Shown one piece after another: positions 1 to 9,505 of a stretch of 64,000 bases of DNA. The stretch is from a virus. How positions within the stretch are numbered: the stretch's first letter is position 1; each line of letters starts with the position of its first letter. Position numbers and translations under genes: made by a program. The notes beneath the pieces were generated by a model, which worked only from the letters and a program-made list of their open reading frames with translations, was not told the DNA's origin and made no database searches. The stretch lies in the IMG/VR virus record IMGVR_UViG_3300007276_000038, positions 31,374-95,373 of that record, one strand, 5' to 3'.

Positions 1-81
1 TTTAGCTAAACAAAATGTAGGACCCATTTCTTCATTCAGCTTGGCATCAATAGAATTAATACGTTCTATGTGTCTACTCAT
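1..81 (-). CDS. 5' end of a gene running off the window (MSRHIERINSIDAKLNEEMGPTFCLAK...), probably a radical SAM/SPASM-type Fe-S protein
   Basis: ATG at 81 preceded by AAGGA; open to the window edge; 'PTFCLAK' resembles the N-terminal F-C-x-x-K/W start of phage radical SAM proteins; only 27 codons visible. Confidence 0.45.
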   Translation of the reverse strand, partial: MSRHIERINSIDAKLNEEMGPTFCLAK

Positions 82-84
82 TGT

Positions 85-1401
85 TTATCCTTTTTGCGTC
101 GGGCGAGTATTGCCATAGTGAATTACGGTTATGTCAGGACCTAAGTCAGGAACTGTCCTCCAAGGATCTAATACTATGCTCTGCGGATGGAAATATAAAC
201 TAGTGCCATTTGCTGTTGCAATAGTAAGTGCTGTGTCACAATCAGTTACACGATGGTTATCGTACCAAGACTTAACAAAGTCAAGTTGATCACCGTAAGT
301 AACTTGAGGATTATGTGCTAGTAAGTACACCGCAGGCGCTCCTAGTACTTCTTTGGGAGGAATATCATTTGTTTCCTCATCGTAATAATACAGTTCGCCG
401 CCAAGTTCTTCTACGTAATGTCCCACTAATTTGCTACTTGACCCAGCGTCATACGGAACTAGAGGCTTGTATGCCTTACCTACAATAATAATCGGTAACT
501 GTGCGCCAGCAGTTTCCCTGCTTAGCCCAACCAATCGCTTGGCCATGTTTTCAGCTTGCACTTCTCTACTGCGCATTACGCTATCAAATAGATCGTATCC
601 TAGGTCAAGCTGGTCTGCCATGTAACGCAATGCAATATTATCTCTAGGGTGACATGCACCGCCATCGCCCATTCCTGGCTTCATATAACCCGGACCCATA
701 ATACGTCTATCTGACTGCGCTAATGCATCACATACTACTTCTGCGTTAATGTTGCCTTGCATTTCTGCTACGTCTTGTATCATGTTAACCAGTGAAACTT
801 TTGCACTAATAAACGTATTGTAGAACACCTTGATACATTCGCATTCGTCCCAGGTGCCGACTACATAACGAGGTGTGTTTTGCATAATAGTCTTATAGAA
901 GTCAATAAGTTCTTTTGCATCACCTGTTTCGCTACCGTCTTCTGTACCTATCATTACCATCTCAGGGTTAACCATATCCCACTTAACAGTGCCCATAGCA
1001 ATCAAGTACGGGTTATATATAAAACGTGCATTAGGTATGAGAGGTATTAGCTGTTTGCGTACAGTGCCAGGCAATACGGTTGATATAAGAACAACAAGTT
1101 GATCTTTGTTTGCTACTTCATTTACTTCACTAAGAACTTTCTTTACTATACTGTAGTCAAAATCTTTGTTGGGCAAATGGCTGGTAGGTGCTGACCCATC
1201 ATATAGCGGATCATGTGGGGTTTGTACTGCAACAAAAACAATGTCTTGTCCTTCAACCGCATCACGTAAACGTTCAACCATTTTAAAGTTTTCAGGCTCT
1301 TTAGGGAAAACGTCAAATCCAACTACATCATGTACCTCAGCTACCATTTCTGCGCAAGCCTGTCCTAACTTGCCTACGCCGATAAATCCGATTGAGGCCA
1401 T
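85..1401 (-). CDS. ugd: UDP-glucose/GDP-mannose dehydrogenase family nucleotide-sugar dehydrogenase
   Basis: Rossmann GxGxxG (GVGKLG), VAVQTP, ISTVLPGT, 'KVFYNTFISAKVS', catalytic-Cys motif GGACHPRD; SD AGGAG upstream. Confidence 0.9.
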   Translation of the reverse strand: MASIGFIGVGKLGQACAEMVAEVHDVVGFDVFPKEPENFKMVERLRDAVEGQDIVFVAVQTPHDPLYDGSAPTSHLPNKDFDYSIVKKVLSEVNEVANKDQLVVLISTVLPGTVRKQLIPLIPNARFIYNPYLIAMGTVKWDMVNPEMVMIGTEDGSETGDAKELIDFYKTIMQNTPRYVVGTWDECECIKVFYNTFISAKVSLVNMIQDVAEMQGNINAEVVCDALAQSDRRIMGPGYMKPGMGDGGACHPRDNIALRYMADQLDLGYDLFDSVMRSREVQAENMAKRLVGLSRETAGAQLPIIIVGKAYKPLVPYDAGSSSKLVGHYVEELGGELYYYDEETNDIPPKEVLGAPAVYLLAHNPQVTYGDQLDFVKSWYDNHRVTDCDTALTIATANGTSLYFHPQSIVLDPWRTVPDLGPDITVIHYGNTRPTQKG

Positions 1402-1443
1402 TGTAATCTCCTGTGTGTCATGCTTTATTATAGCATGTGTTTA

Positions 1444-1451
1444 TATTTATC
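1444..1451 (-). promoter_or_regulatory. T4-type late promoter (GATAAATA)
   Basis: Intergenic match upstream of the dehydrogenase; same motif recurs before most operons. Confidence 0.65.
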
Positions 1452-1469
1452 GTGTGTTTTATAGCAAAA

Positions 1470-1658
1470 TCAAGTTTTTACGGAACACGTAATTAAAAAG
1501 TCACCATTGTCTTTGATCTTTGCGCGAAATTTTTCGTCGCAGACTTCTCGACCTTGAAGTATGTCTAATTTAGGTAGTTCACCCGGATAATGCCGCAGTG
1601 TGATAATTCCGCAAGCTGAGCAAGCAACCATTATCATGATTATTAGTAGTGTTTTCAT
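1470..1658 (-). CDS. Small putative lipoprotein
   Basis: MK + hydrophobic stretch + lipobox-like CSAC; ATG directly follows the upstream stop. Confidence 0.55.
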   Translation of the reverse strand: MKTLLIIMIMVACSACGIITLRHYPGELPKLDILQGREVCDEKFRAKIKDNGDFLITCSVKT

Positions 1659-2615
1659 CTAGAGCATACCGTTTTCTAGTAAGTCGAGTATTTGCTTTTC
1701 GCTTACCATAGAACCCCAGCGTCTAGGATTAGTATAAGTTTGTTTAAAGAATCTAGACACGTTTTCATCAGGATCAAACAACATCATAGAATTAACTTTC
1801 TCGTTTAGTGTGCGTCCTAGTGTGCAGGCTTCTTCATACAAATCTTTGCCTTCTAGCAAGTTCTGTTGTTCAACAAAGTATGTTTTAAACCATTCGTAAT
1901 CTGCGATTTGATTAGTCACAAAGTCTAGATCTAGTATAGCGTTATGGGCACCCAATCTTGCTCCGTATATAGCCCACAATCCGTTTTCAACATCGCTACC
2001 GATGTTACACCAAGTCTGTAGTCTGTTGTAGTTTCCGTACCATATACGTTCTTTGAACTTGTCAGGATTGACTCGCTTGCCTTGGTCTAGACTCATCTTG
2101 ACGCCTTCTCTGAATCCTGAACGGAATGCTTGAAAGGGACTAGCAGTCTGATGTATTTCGCTATAGATATCGTTTAACTGTATATAGTTTAGCTTCCAAC
2201 AAAACTCCATGCCTTCTTCATCGTCTGAAGATTCATGTGTTTGTATAGTTTTAGTATACTCAGTTGGCCAGCACTTTAATCCGCCGTTGCCGTACACTAA
2301 ACCATTTAGCAAGTTCTTTGCGTTCCAACTAAAAATGCTTTCGCTTATGCTGTGACCGTCTCTATCAGTGCTCGGAAAATCTAATGTCTGCTCAAAGAAA
2401 TCATCCATCACAACGTTGTCGCCATCCACAGTAATAAAGCGTTCTGTTTCACTTTGCATTGCACAAGCCTTGTGTGCTGCATCGAACCCCTTGACTCCAT
2501 GCACACGCTTAGCCCAAGGAACTTTGTTTAGCAAGTCAGCCCAATGTTTTTCACAATTAGGTTCGTCATACGAAATATAAAAGATATCTAATTCATTCAC
2601 ATCTACTTTAGTCAT
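1659..2615 (-). CDS. GT-A-fold glycosyltransferase-like protein
   Basis: 'DIFYISYDE', 'GVKGFDAAHKAC', DxD motif 'ITVDGDN'; lies in a sugar-enzyme cluster. Confidence 0.65.
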   Translation of the reverse strand: MTKVDVNELDIFYISYDEPNCEKHWADLLNKVPWAKRVHGVKGFDAAHKACAMQSETERFITVDGDNVVMDDFFEQTLDFPSTDRDGHSISESIFSWNAKNLLNGLVYGNGGLKCWPTEYTKTIQTHESSDDEEGMEFCWKLNYIQLNDIYSEIHQTASPFQAFRSGFREGVKMSLDQGKRVNPDKFKERIWYGNYNRLQTWCNIGSDVENGLWAIYGARLGAHNAILDLDFVTNQIADYEWFKTYFVEQQNLLEGKDLYEEACTLGRTLNEKVNSMMLFDPDENVSRFFKQTYTNPRRWGSMVSEKQILDLLENGML

Positions 2616-3267
2616 ATGATTCAGCCTCCATTACACAATACTTATCAAACAATTTGTGTGTATATACACTGCATCCACTGTAATTGCTATTAGTTTTTAT
2701 TACTTGCATAGGTTTTTCTATCAACTCTGGCAAGGGAATTTTAATCGTTTGCAACATAATATATGGATTATTATTTGCTGTTATGTAAAACACCAACAAA
2801 CTACTTCCTTTAATTACTGCTAAATCAGTTAAGTCCGTATCATTATAAAATGCTTGTGCTGTAGGAGACAGCTCAACGGTAAATGCATCGTTAGTCAGTC
2901 TACAACAAATATCAAAATCTGTAGTCTCAGGTACTGTATCAATTTTAGTAACAAAATCATCAGCAACTTTATACTCATGCACAAGCTGCTCTTTTTGCAT
3001 AATGCGATAATTTGTTTTATATTGGGCACCTTCCTCGACTAGGTAATTACTAGTTCCTAGCCTACTAACTTCCTCTAACTGCTCTTGTGGAAACGTTGCG
3101 GTTTTCCAGCCTGGCTTAGGAACAATCTCGTCTGACAAAGTAATACAAACGATATCACCAGACTCAACAAAATACAACCGGAATTTTTTGTTTTTATCTG
3201 ATCCTACTTTGCCTGCTGCCTTAGCTGCTAAGAATTTTTCCTTACGCTCTTTAGCTCGATTGTTCAT
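2608..3267 (-). CDS. Hypothetical protein in the glycosyltransferase operon
   Basis: 219-aa ORF overlapping both neighbours; no motif recognised. Confidence 0.75.
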   Translation of the reverse strand: MNNRAKERKEKFLAAKAAGKVGSDKNKKFRLYFVESGDIVCITLSDEIVPKPGWKTATFPQEQLEEVSRLGTSNYLVEEGAQYKTNYRIMQKEQLVHEYKVADDFVTKIDTVPETTDFDICCRLTNDAFTVELSPTAQAFYNDTDLTDLAVIKGSSLLVFYITANNNPYIMLQTIKIPLPELIEKPMQVIKTNSNYSGCSVYTHKLFDKYCVMEAESYD

Positions 3268-4126
3268 AGTAGTCCTGCTCTAACTGCTGAATCATTTCTT
3301 GATTTAGCCAATGCTTTTCCGTGTAATGAAACGGCAATAACTGCTGAAAGTTTCCTATTTTAAAGTCACGATAACTAACATAGTATGTAGGGAGACTCTC
3401 GGTCCAGTCGTCTTGTATTTTATCTTTAGCTATTCCCTGAATATAACTTTTCATATGCACAAAAGTAGGAGTGCTTACATTAATTCGAGTGCAGTCGGAT
3501 TCAATTCCTAATAGTTGCATTGCTAACGCAAACGCTACATCGCCGCTTAAAAAGGTAGGCTTATTACCTCCAGGTAGGTAGTCAAAGAAAAATCGCTGCC
3601 AATGTTGGAAAATAATCTCAGTCATAGAAAAAAGATCACTAGTTAAACTAGATTTCTTAAAGTAAAGAAACGCAGTATATACGTTAGGTAAATTATTTGA
3701 CGTAAAGCATTTTCTGTAGTGATCGTCGGTTACTATCTCATTCCTGTATGTTCTTACATCAGTGGTTGCCCAAACGTCTTGCTCTCTCAGCGAATCCCAC
3801 CAATAGCTAACATCTGTAGGGAACAGCATGTCTGTGTCAAGAATAACTGTTTCTTCGTACGGAGTCATATGCAAGTACTTCCACTTGTTTTGTATCTTCC
3901 ATTTCTTTTCGTGCTCTGCTAAATCTCCCCACGGAATTTCTATAATCTGATCAAATACTAGCCTATGCTTATCTTCAATTTGTTCTAGAGTATGCGAATC
4001 AACACAAACTGATAACTTATTCACGCTTGATTGTGTTAGGTGCAGATTCATAGCCAAAGCGTATGCTTGCTCTAGATAATTAACCTGGTTGGTATTCTGC
4101 GCAATACAAATATACCCTTTAGACAT
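3251..4126 (-). CDS. GT8-like glycosyltransferase
   Basis: 'KGYICIAQN', 'TPYEETVILDTDM' (DxD), 'NVYTAFLYFKK', 'DVAFALA', 'FVHMK'. Confidence 0.75.
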   Translation of the reverse strand: MSKGYICIAQNTNQVNYLEQAYALAMNLHLTQSSVNKLSVCVDSHTLEQIEDKHRLVFDQIIEIPWGDLAEHEKKWKIQNKWKYLHMTPYEETVILDTDMLFPTDVSYWWDSLREQDVWATTDVRTYRNEIVTDDHYRKCFTSNNLPNVYTAFLYFKKSSLTSDLFSMTEIIFQHWQRFFFDYLPGGNKPTFLSGDVAFALAMQLLGIESDCTRINVSTPTFVHMKSYIQGIAKDKIQDDWTESLPTYYVSYRDFKIGNFQQLLPFHYTEKHWLNQEMIQQLEQDYYEQSS

Positions 4127-4286
4127 TTGCTGTTCTCGTGAGTTCGTTAAATTCTAATGTATATGTGTACTTATTGGTTACTAGTACGCTACCGTCGAAG
4201 TAAGTTACTTTTTCTTTTTTGCCCTTAACAATTGCGTTCTTGAGCTCTGATAACGAGTTCCAACGTTCTTTATTATAAATTTTCAA
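4119..4286 (-). CDS. 55-aa hypothetical protein missed by the ORF track (MKIYNKERWNSLSELKNAIVKGKKEKVTYFDGSVLVTNKYTYTLEFNELTRTANV)
   Basis: TTG start with AGGAGA SD 5 nt upstream; fills the gap and overlaps both flanking GT genes. Confidence 0.7.
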   Translation of the reverse strand: MKIYNKERWNSLSELKNAIVKGKKEKVTYFDGSVLVTNKYTYTLEFNELTRTANV

Positions 4287-5169
4287 GTAAGTCTCCTAGT
4301 ATTCTTTCTAGTGCCCACTTATTCATAATATGAATGTCAAGGTCTTTCCAGCGTATAGCAATATAATCGCCTACTTGTGCTGTTGATTTTTCAGCTAATA
4401 TTAATAACTCGTTTTCTCCTAATACTCGTTCGATGTCGTCTATGTCAAACGACTTAAATAAAGCGAACGGTAGTTGTGGGATTGTTCTATCAACAAAGCC
4501 GCCCATATTATGTGCTGCAACACTAAAACTATAATCATTCCTGTATAAGTTTCCAGGCCATTTATACAATTGCTTGTAATACAATATATTAGCTGCGACT
4601 TGTTTAACTAAGTTAAAAAACGATTCAGCGTATGCGCCTTTCTTAAAATAAACAACAGTGGCCCAATACATAGTGATCCCAACAGAGTTTAAACGAGACA
4701 ATGAGCTATATTCTCTGTCACCCAGTATATCAGTGTAGTCATAACTCATCATTAACTCGTTGTTGTGGCCCCAGCACCGGTTCAGTGTATCGCTTAGTAT
4801 AAGAAAATCTGCATCAAGTAAAATAGTTTCTTCGTACGGAGAAAGATCATAAGCCTCAGATCTATTTAGATTATAAAAACTTAGTGGTCTTGCTTTATCA
4901 CTTGTGTCTTTATATAGTCGCATGTTTTTGTATTTAAACTCTATATCTTTTTCTTGCAATATATACTCAGCACTACTTGTTACGAATTCTTTTGTGTGCT
5001 TACTGCAAGCATAGTCATAACTATACTCATCAGTCACAATAGTAACTTGCTCTTTACTAATCCCTAAATGTTTTTGGGCTAACTTACTGTTTACAATTGC
5101 TAATGTTATATAATCTATTTCAACATTGTTAAACGCAAACATTATTAGTCCGCGATTAGGTGTCGTCAT
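4273..5169 (-). CDS. GT8-like glycosyltransferase, paralogue of 3251-4126
   Basis: 'RGLIMFAFN', 'SPYEETILLDADF' (DxD), 'YWATVVYFKK', 'RNDYSFSVA', 'HIMNK'. Confidence 0.75.
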   Translation of the reverse strand: MTTPNRGLIMFAFNNVEIDYITLAIVNSKLAQKHLGISKEQVTIVTDEYSYDYACSKHTKEFVTSSAEYILQEKDIEFKYKNMRLYKDTSDKARPLSFYNLNRSEAYDLSPYEETILLDADFLILSDTLNRCWGHNNELMMSYDYTDILGDREYSSLSRLNSVGITMYWATVVYFKKGAYAESFFNLVKQVAANILYYKQLYKWPGNLYRNDYSFSVAAHNMGGFVDRTIPQLPFALFKSFDIDDIERVLGENELLILAEKSTAQVGDYIAIRWKDLDIHIMNKWALERILGDLLENL

Positions 5170-5512
5170 GTATATCTAATACCTTATGCACTTTGCGAGC
5201 TTTGCGTAATTTTTCGTACTCTTTATGATAGTCGTTGGTAGCTTCGAAGTATCTGCTTACTATTTCATTATAAAAGTCTTCTAGGTCTACTAAAATAGGA
5301 TTGTTATATATGTCTAACAAAACTAGTTCAGTACAGTCTTGATCTATGTAAATTTTACAAAAGGAAATTAATGCACGGTCTATAGTGAATGTGCCACCAT
5401 TAATGCTGTAACTAAGCAAGTTTTCTACTTTGGCTTTAATTGCATTATGCTGCGTATTTAAAGTGACGCGGTAATTAGCGAAATCTAATGCTGTGTTAAG
5501 TTTTGCACTCAT
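5156..5512 (-). CDS. Hypothetical protein, first gene of the GT operon
   Basis: 118-aa ORF with AGGA SD and upstream TATAAATA. Confidence 0.75.
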   Translation of the reverse strand: MSAKLNTALDFANYRVTLNTQHNAIKAKVENLLSYSINGGTFTIDRALISFCKIYIDQDCTELVLLDIYNNPILVDLEDFYNEIVSRYFEATNDYHKEYEKLRKARKVHKVLDIHDDT

Positions 5513-5539
5513 AGTTTTAGTCCTGTATGTGTATGCTAC

Positions 5540-5547
5540 TATTTATA
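5540..5547 (-). promoter_or_regulatory. T4 late promoter TATAAATA
   Basis: Exact T4 late consensus 28 nt upstream of the 5512 ATG. Confidence 0.75.
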
Positions 5548-5572
5548 CAGGATTAAACTATGTTATATCTGA

Positions 5573-6547
5573 TTATGAACCAGTAATAGTACCTACAGAG
5601 TCTGTGGGCACAGGGAATGAAAAACCTGATCCGCTAGCATCTGGTTGTGTTCTTCGTCCATTAATTGTTAATGTACCGTCTACTGGAGCGTCAATTACTC
5701 CGTCATCGGCGTCAGTTAGCTGTGTTCGAATTGTTACAACTGTTGGGTTAGTTATACTATCTATTAAAGCATCAACTTGAATAAAGTCACTAGTATATGG
5801 TGATGTTCCGCCAAAATACTGCACTAGTGTCTGATACGATGTTGTTAGTTCATAAAAACCTACGCCGCTAGGAGTACCTGCGCCGGACGTACATGTATCA
5901 TGAAGCAAAAATACATCGCCTAATGCGCTAAGTCTGTTTGTCCAGTCTGTGTTCTGATCGCTTGCAGTGCCGCCAGTTCTGCTTGCACTTACTCCTACTG
6001 CGCCGCCACCGTTAAAAAATGCTCTACAGTCATTTTCATTAGCAAACGTCCAGGTTGTTGTTTGTGTTAACGTATTAGTCCAACTAGTCACGAACGTTGC
6101 ACTAGCATCTGTACTAATAGTTGTTGAAGCTGGACTAAAGCGTACACTCCAACAGTCCTCAACGTTTAGCATCAGATTGTTCCAGGTATCAGCTAGAATA
6201 ACATCACCAGTAGTGACATCAGTTCCCACATTTGTTCTGAGTGTAACTCCTAAGAAAGCACACAATGCTTGTACATCATCTTGAAGATCTTTAAATGCAC
6301 CGTTTGCTCCTGTAGCTAGTACTAAGTTACTTAACACTGCTGCACCAACGCCTACACCACCTTGTCCGTATCCATATGTAAACGTAGGGTCATACGTCCC
6401 AAGGGCTTGATCGTTAGCGGTGCTAAGCATTAAATCGACATTAGTTCTTGCGTTGTTAAAATCTGGTGTCTCGACGACATCAGTCCCAGCAACAACTTGC
6501 GTCATTGTTGTTAGTCCGTCACCTGTAATTGTGCTACCTGATGCCAC
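5573..6547 (-). CDS. Virion structural protein (Thr/Gly-rich, tail/baseplate associated)
   Basis: GTG start with GGAG SD; 'RAFFNGGG' motif; beta-rich T/G/D composition; downstream of the fibre genes. Confidence 0.6.
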   Translation of the reverse strand: MASGSTITGDGLTTMTQVVAGTDVVETPDFNNARTNVDLMLSTANDQALGTYDPTFTYGYGQGGVGVGAAVLSNLVLATGANGAFKDLQDDVQALCAFLGVTLRTNVGTDVTTGDVILADTWNNLMLNVEDCWSVRFSPASTTISTDASATFVTSWTNTLTQTTTWTFANENDCRAFFNGGGAVGVSASRTGGTASDQNTDWTNRLSALGDVFLLHDTCTSGAGTPSGVGFYELTTSYQTLVQYFGGTSPYTSDFIQVDALIDSITNPTVVTIRTQLTDADDGVIDAPVDGTLTINGRRTQPDASGSGFSFPVPTDSVGTITGS

Positions 6548-6558
6548 TTGTATCTCCG

Positions 6559-7047
6559 TTAATAATTGCGAGCTCCGCGTAATTGCGTCCAGCCAATTTG
6601 ATTTGCTGTTGGTACACTTGTATTTACTGGCGTATTTGTTGTAACTGTACTAAATGTAATCAAACGTCTTCCCACCGGATACCAAATATCTGATCCTATT
6701 GGAACACCAGCATTAACTGTTGTATAGCTATAGCTTCCGCTGTCCACAGTAAAAGGAATAATAACTAATCCAGTCGACCATGTTACTGAAAATAACGGAG
6801 CACCAGCCCAATACATTAAATTTGATCCGGTAGTCCCTGACACCGGTGTATAGCGCCAGCCATAAACATTAACAAAGTTAAAAGGACCTTCTGTTGGCCC
6901 GTAAGATTTAACCGTTGAAGTTGATGATATATTAGCGTCAACAAAGGGACCACCTCGGTACATGTCAGACATTTCGTACGGAGCAGTGTCACCGAATTCA
7001 GTACCGAAATCGCTGAATCGCATCTCACCTGTTGTTGGTAGGGGCAT
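6559..7047 (-). CDS. Fibre-tip adhesin-like protein
   Basis: N-terminal 'MPLPTTGEMRFSDFGTEFG...EMSDMYRGG' typical of small proteins that cap S74-type fibres; overlaps the fibre gene end. Confidence 0.55.
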   Translation of the reverse strand: MPLPTTGEMRFSDFGTEFGDTAPYEMSDMYRGGPFVDANISSTSTVKSYGPTEGPFNFVNVYGWRYTPVSGTTGSNLMYWAGAPLFSVTWSTGLVIIPFTVDSGSYSYTTVNAGVPIGSDIWYPVGRRLITFSTVTTNTPVNTSVPTANQIGWTQLRGARNY

Positions 7048-9463
7048 TCTTTAATTCCTTGATTTCAGCTTTAAGCATCTCAATCTGATTGTTTAACTCT
7101 TTGACACCTTCTATTAAATAGCCTACTAAATTTCCATATGCTACAGCTTTCATCCCGTCAGGTCCAGTATGTACTAGTTCAGGAGCTACTTCTTCTATTT
7201 CTTGTGCAATAACACCTGAGCCAGGGGTTCCTTCATCAATCCTGTTATAGCTAACGCCGCGCATTTCTAGTACTTTGCTGCCATCTAGTGTCTCTACGTT
7301 CTTTTTAATACGCTTGTCAGAGAATGCAATAATGTCGTTAGTTGAATATATAATACCGTTAACATGTAGCTTATACGCTGGATTAGTAAAACCGATGCCA
7401 ACATCACCACCAGTTTCAATAACCATCTGGTCTGTACTGTTTACCCTAAACGCCATTGCGTTGTTAGTTCCAATTCGTATATCTGTTGTGCCAGAACCGC
7501 CACTTAATCTTAAAAAGTCACTAAAACTCTTGCCTGATAAGGTTTGTCCATCACTAGTGCCAACTATAGCGCCAGAAGGTAGTGTTTTTGCGCTGTTCTT
7601 AATAATTTTGCCAGTTGTTCCGTTGAATAGCACTACTGCATTATTAGTTGCACTTACCGGGCCAGTTACATCACCGCCGCCTATTGTTGTAGGTCTCCAA
7701 GCACCTGTACTAAATGCTAGCACTTGCCCTGAAGTAGGAACGGTTGCAGCAACATCAGTTAAGTCGCCTAGCACATTGGGTATAGCACCTTGGCTAGTAA
7801 ATGTATATGTACCAGCACCGTTAGTTGATAATACTTGTCCGTTAGTACCTTCACTTATGCCTAAGTCAAGCAGCGTAGTAGGAATACTACTACCTACATC
7901 TGTTAAGTCACTAACGTCCGAAGGAATAATACTACCCACATCTGTTAAGTCAGCAACGTCTGATGGCAAATCTGCAGGACGGAACGTAAAGATACCATTT
8001 GTGTTGTTATATGATAAGCTGCCTGCTCCACTTGCTGCTAAAGTAGTAACACTTAAATCAGTAAGTGCTATAGAGCCTGCAATTGACACGGTTGCAGCAT
8101 TAGTAATGCGTCCTTGTTGGTCAATAGTGATGCTTGGAATTAATGTGCCTGAACCGTAAGTACCAGGTGTTACGGCTGTATTTGCCAGGCTTAGTGTCCC
8201 TGACCCTGAATCATAGTCAATACCTAGACCGCCAGCTAAGTCTACTCCTGACAGGTAACCAGCATCATTGATAAGTTCTGATACATTAGAGCTTGTAGTT
8301 AATATTTCACTTATATCAACAATATTCAAAACAGAATTTAATTGAGATTCTGTAACGTATCCATAAGTATCCAGAAATGTATTGGCGCCATCTGGTGTTA
8401 AGTAACTTACATCATTAACTAACAAAGAAACGTTCTGTCCTATTAATACAGAGTTAGCCCAATCATCTGAGTTGCTACCGCTAGCGTAGATTGTTCCTAA
8501 TATATTCGCATCTGACTCGCCTACTATTGTGCCTGACACTGTTAAGTCTTGAACCAGTGTTACTGAATTTAGAACATTTAGGTCTTGAACATTAATAGTA
8601 CTAACTGGGTCAATTGATGTGCCGATAACATTAGCGTACAGTAAATTAAAAAATGCTACACTTGTATCTTCATACTCAGCACGAGTGTTTGAACCCTTTA
8701 GGATTTGGCCGCCTTCTCTGCCAGTCCTTGCTGCTGCGATACCAACAGGAGTAGCTCCATTTTCTGCTGTAGCAATAAGCTCAGGTGCAAAATCAACAAT
8801 AACACCGTCTACCAATGTGCTTGTTCCACCATTGCTAGTATCTCTTATATAAAATTCTGAATCGGAATATAAGGCCATAATGGTCTCATATTGTTCGCCT
8901 ATTTTAGTAGCGCCTCTATTAGCCGGATTATTTCCTGAATTAACATAAGAAAATGCTAGCACAGGAATGTCTCTGTTATCTTCGCTCTTTAGGAATAAAG
9001 TCCTTATTCTGGCGCCATAAAATGTTGGATTCTGTACTGCGCTTGAACTGCTGTATCTGCTAGTTACTTCACCTGCATACGCTACTTCTTTGTAACGTGT
9101 ACCATCGTGTACTTCTAACTTGTTAGTTGTTGTATTAAAAAATGTTGTACCAGATAAGTTTTCTGTAGGTCTAGACTGCTCTGGTCCTACGCTAACACCT
9201 GTACTTGCGCGGAAAATGTTTCCGTCCCATACACGAACAATAGCTGATACTTTGTCGTACCACATTTGTCCAATGATTGGATTTTCGGGTGATGTTGCAC
9301 TAGCAAAATTTTCAAGTAAGTGTAAAGTGTTTTCAGCAAAAACTTCAGCGTAATTAGTTACACCTTTACCTACCATTCCTAATGAGAATGTACTTTCATC
9401 AACAGTACCGTCTTGTAACGTATACGTAATAGTTCCGTCGCTGCTTCCTATAATATATGGCAT
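7025..9463 (-). CDS. Tail fibre with C-terminal intramolecular chaperone (peptidase S74)
   Basis: 'AFSDKRIKKNV...GVIAQEIEEVAPELV...AVAYGNLVGYLIEGVKEL' plus coiled coil; N-terminal 'LLENFA...P..GQMWYD' baseplate-attachment module. Confidence 0.85.
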   Translation of the reverse strand: MPYIIGSSDGTITYTLQDGTVDESTFSLGMVGKGVTNYAEVFAENTLHLLENFASATSPENPIIGQMWYDKVSAIVRVWDGNIFRASTGVSVGPEQSRPTENLSGTTFFNTTTNKLEVHDGTRYKEVAYAGEVTSRYSSSSAVQNPTFYGARIRTLFLKSEDNRDIPVLAFSYVNSGNNPANRGATKIGEQYETIMALYSDSEFYIRDTSNGGTSTLVDGVIVDFAPELIATAENGATPVGIAAARTGREGGQILKGSNTRAEYEDTSVAFFNLLYANVIGTSIDPVSTINVQDLNVLNSVTLVQDLTVSGTIVGESDANILGTIYASGSNSDDWANSVLIGQNVSLLVNDVSYLTPDGANTFLDTYGYVTESQLNSVLNIVDISEILTTSSNVSELINDAGYLSGVDLAGGLGIDYDSGSGTLSLANTAVTPGTYGSGTLIPSITIDQQGRITNAATVSIAGSIALTDLSVTTLAASGAGSLSYNNTNGIFTFRPADLPSDVADLTDVGSIIPSDVSDLTDVGSSIPTTLLDLGISEGTNGQVLSTNGAGTYTFTSQGAIPNVLGDLTDVAATVPTSGQVLAFSTGAWRPTTIGGGDVTGPVSATNNAVVLFNGTTGKIIKNSAKTLPSGAIVGTSDGQTLSGKSFSDFLRLSGGSGTTDIRIGTNNAMAFRVNSTDQMVIETGGDVGIGFTNPAYKLHVNGIIYSTNDIIAFSDKRIKKNVETLDGSKVLEMRGVSYNRIDEGTPGSGVIAQEIEEVAPELVHTGPDGMKAVAYGNLVGYLIEGVKELNNQIEMLKAEIKELKNAPTNNR
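7881..7964 (-). repeat. Two tandem 42-nt repeats encoding PSDV(A/S)DLTDVGS(I/S)I
   Basis: Near-identical repeats visible in DNA and protein. Confidence 0.75.
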
Positions 9464-9493
9464 TGCTTTATTTTACCTCTAAGTACTTTCTCT

Positions 9494-9501
9494 TATTTAT
9501 C
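9494..9501 (-). promoter_or_regulatory. Late promoter GATAAATA
   Basis: Intergenic, upstream of the 812-aa fibre with GAGG SD. Confidence 0.7.
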
Positions 9502-9505
9502 TGTT

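Noticed and set aside
7275-8159. 294-aa plus-strand ORF and the many other short antisense ORFs in the track
   Set aside because: Shadow frames opposite well-supported genes; no SD or recognisable motifs
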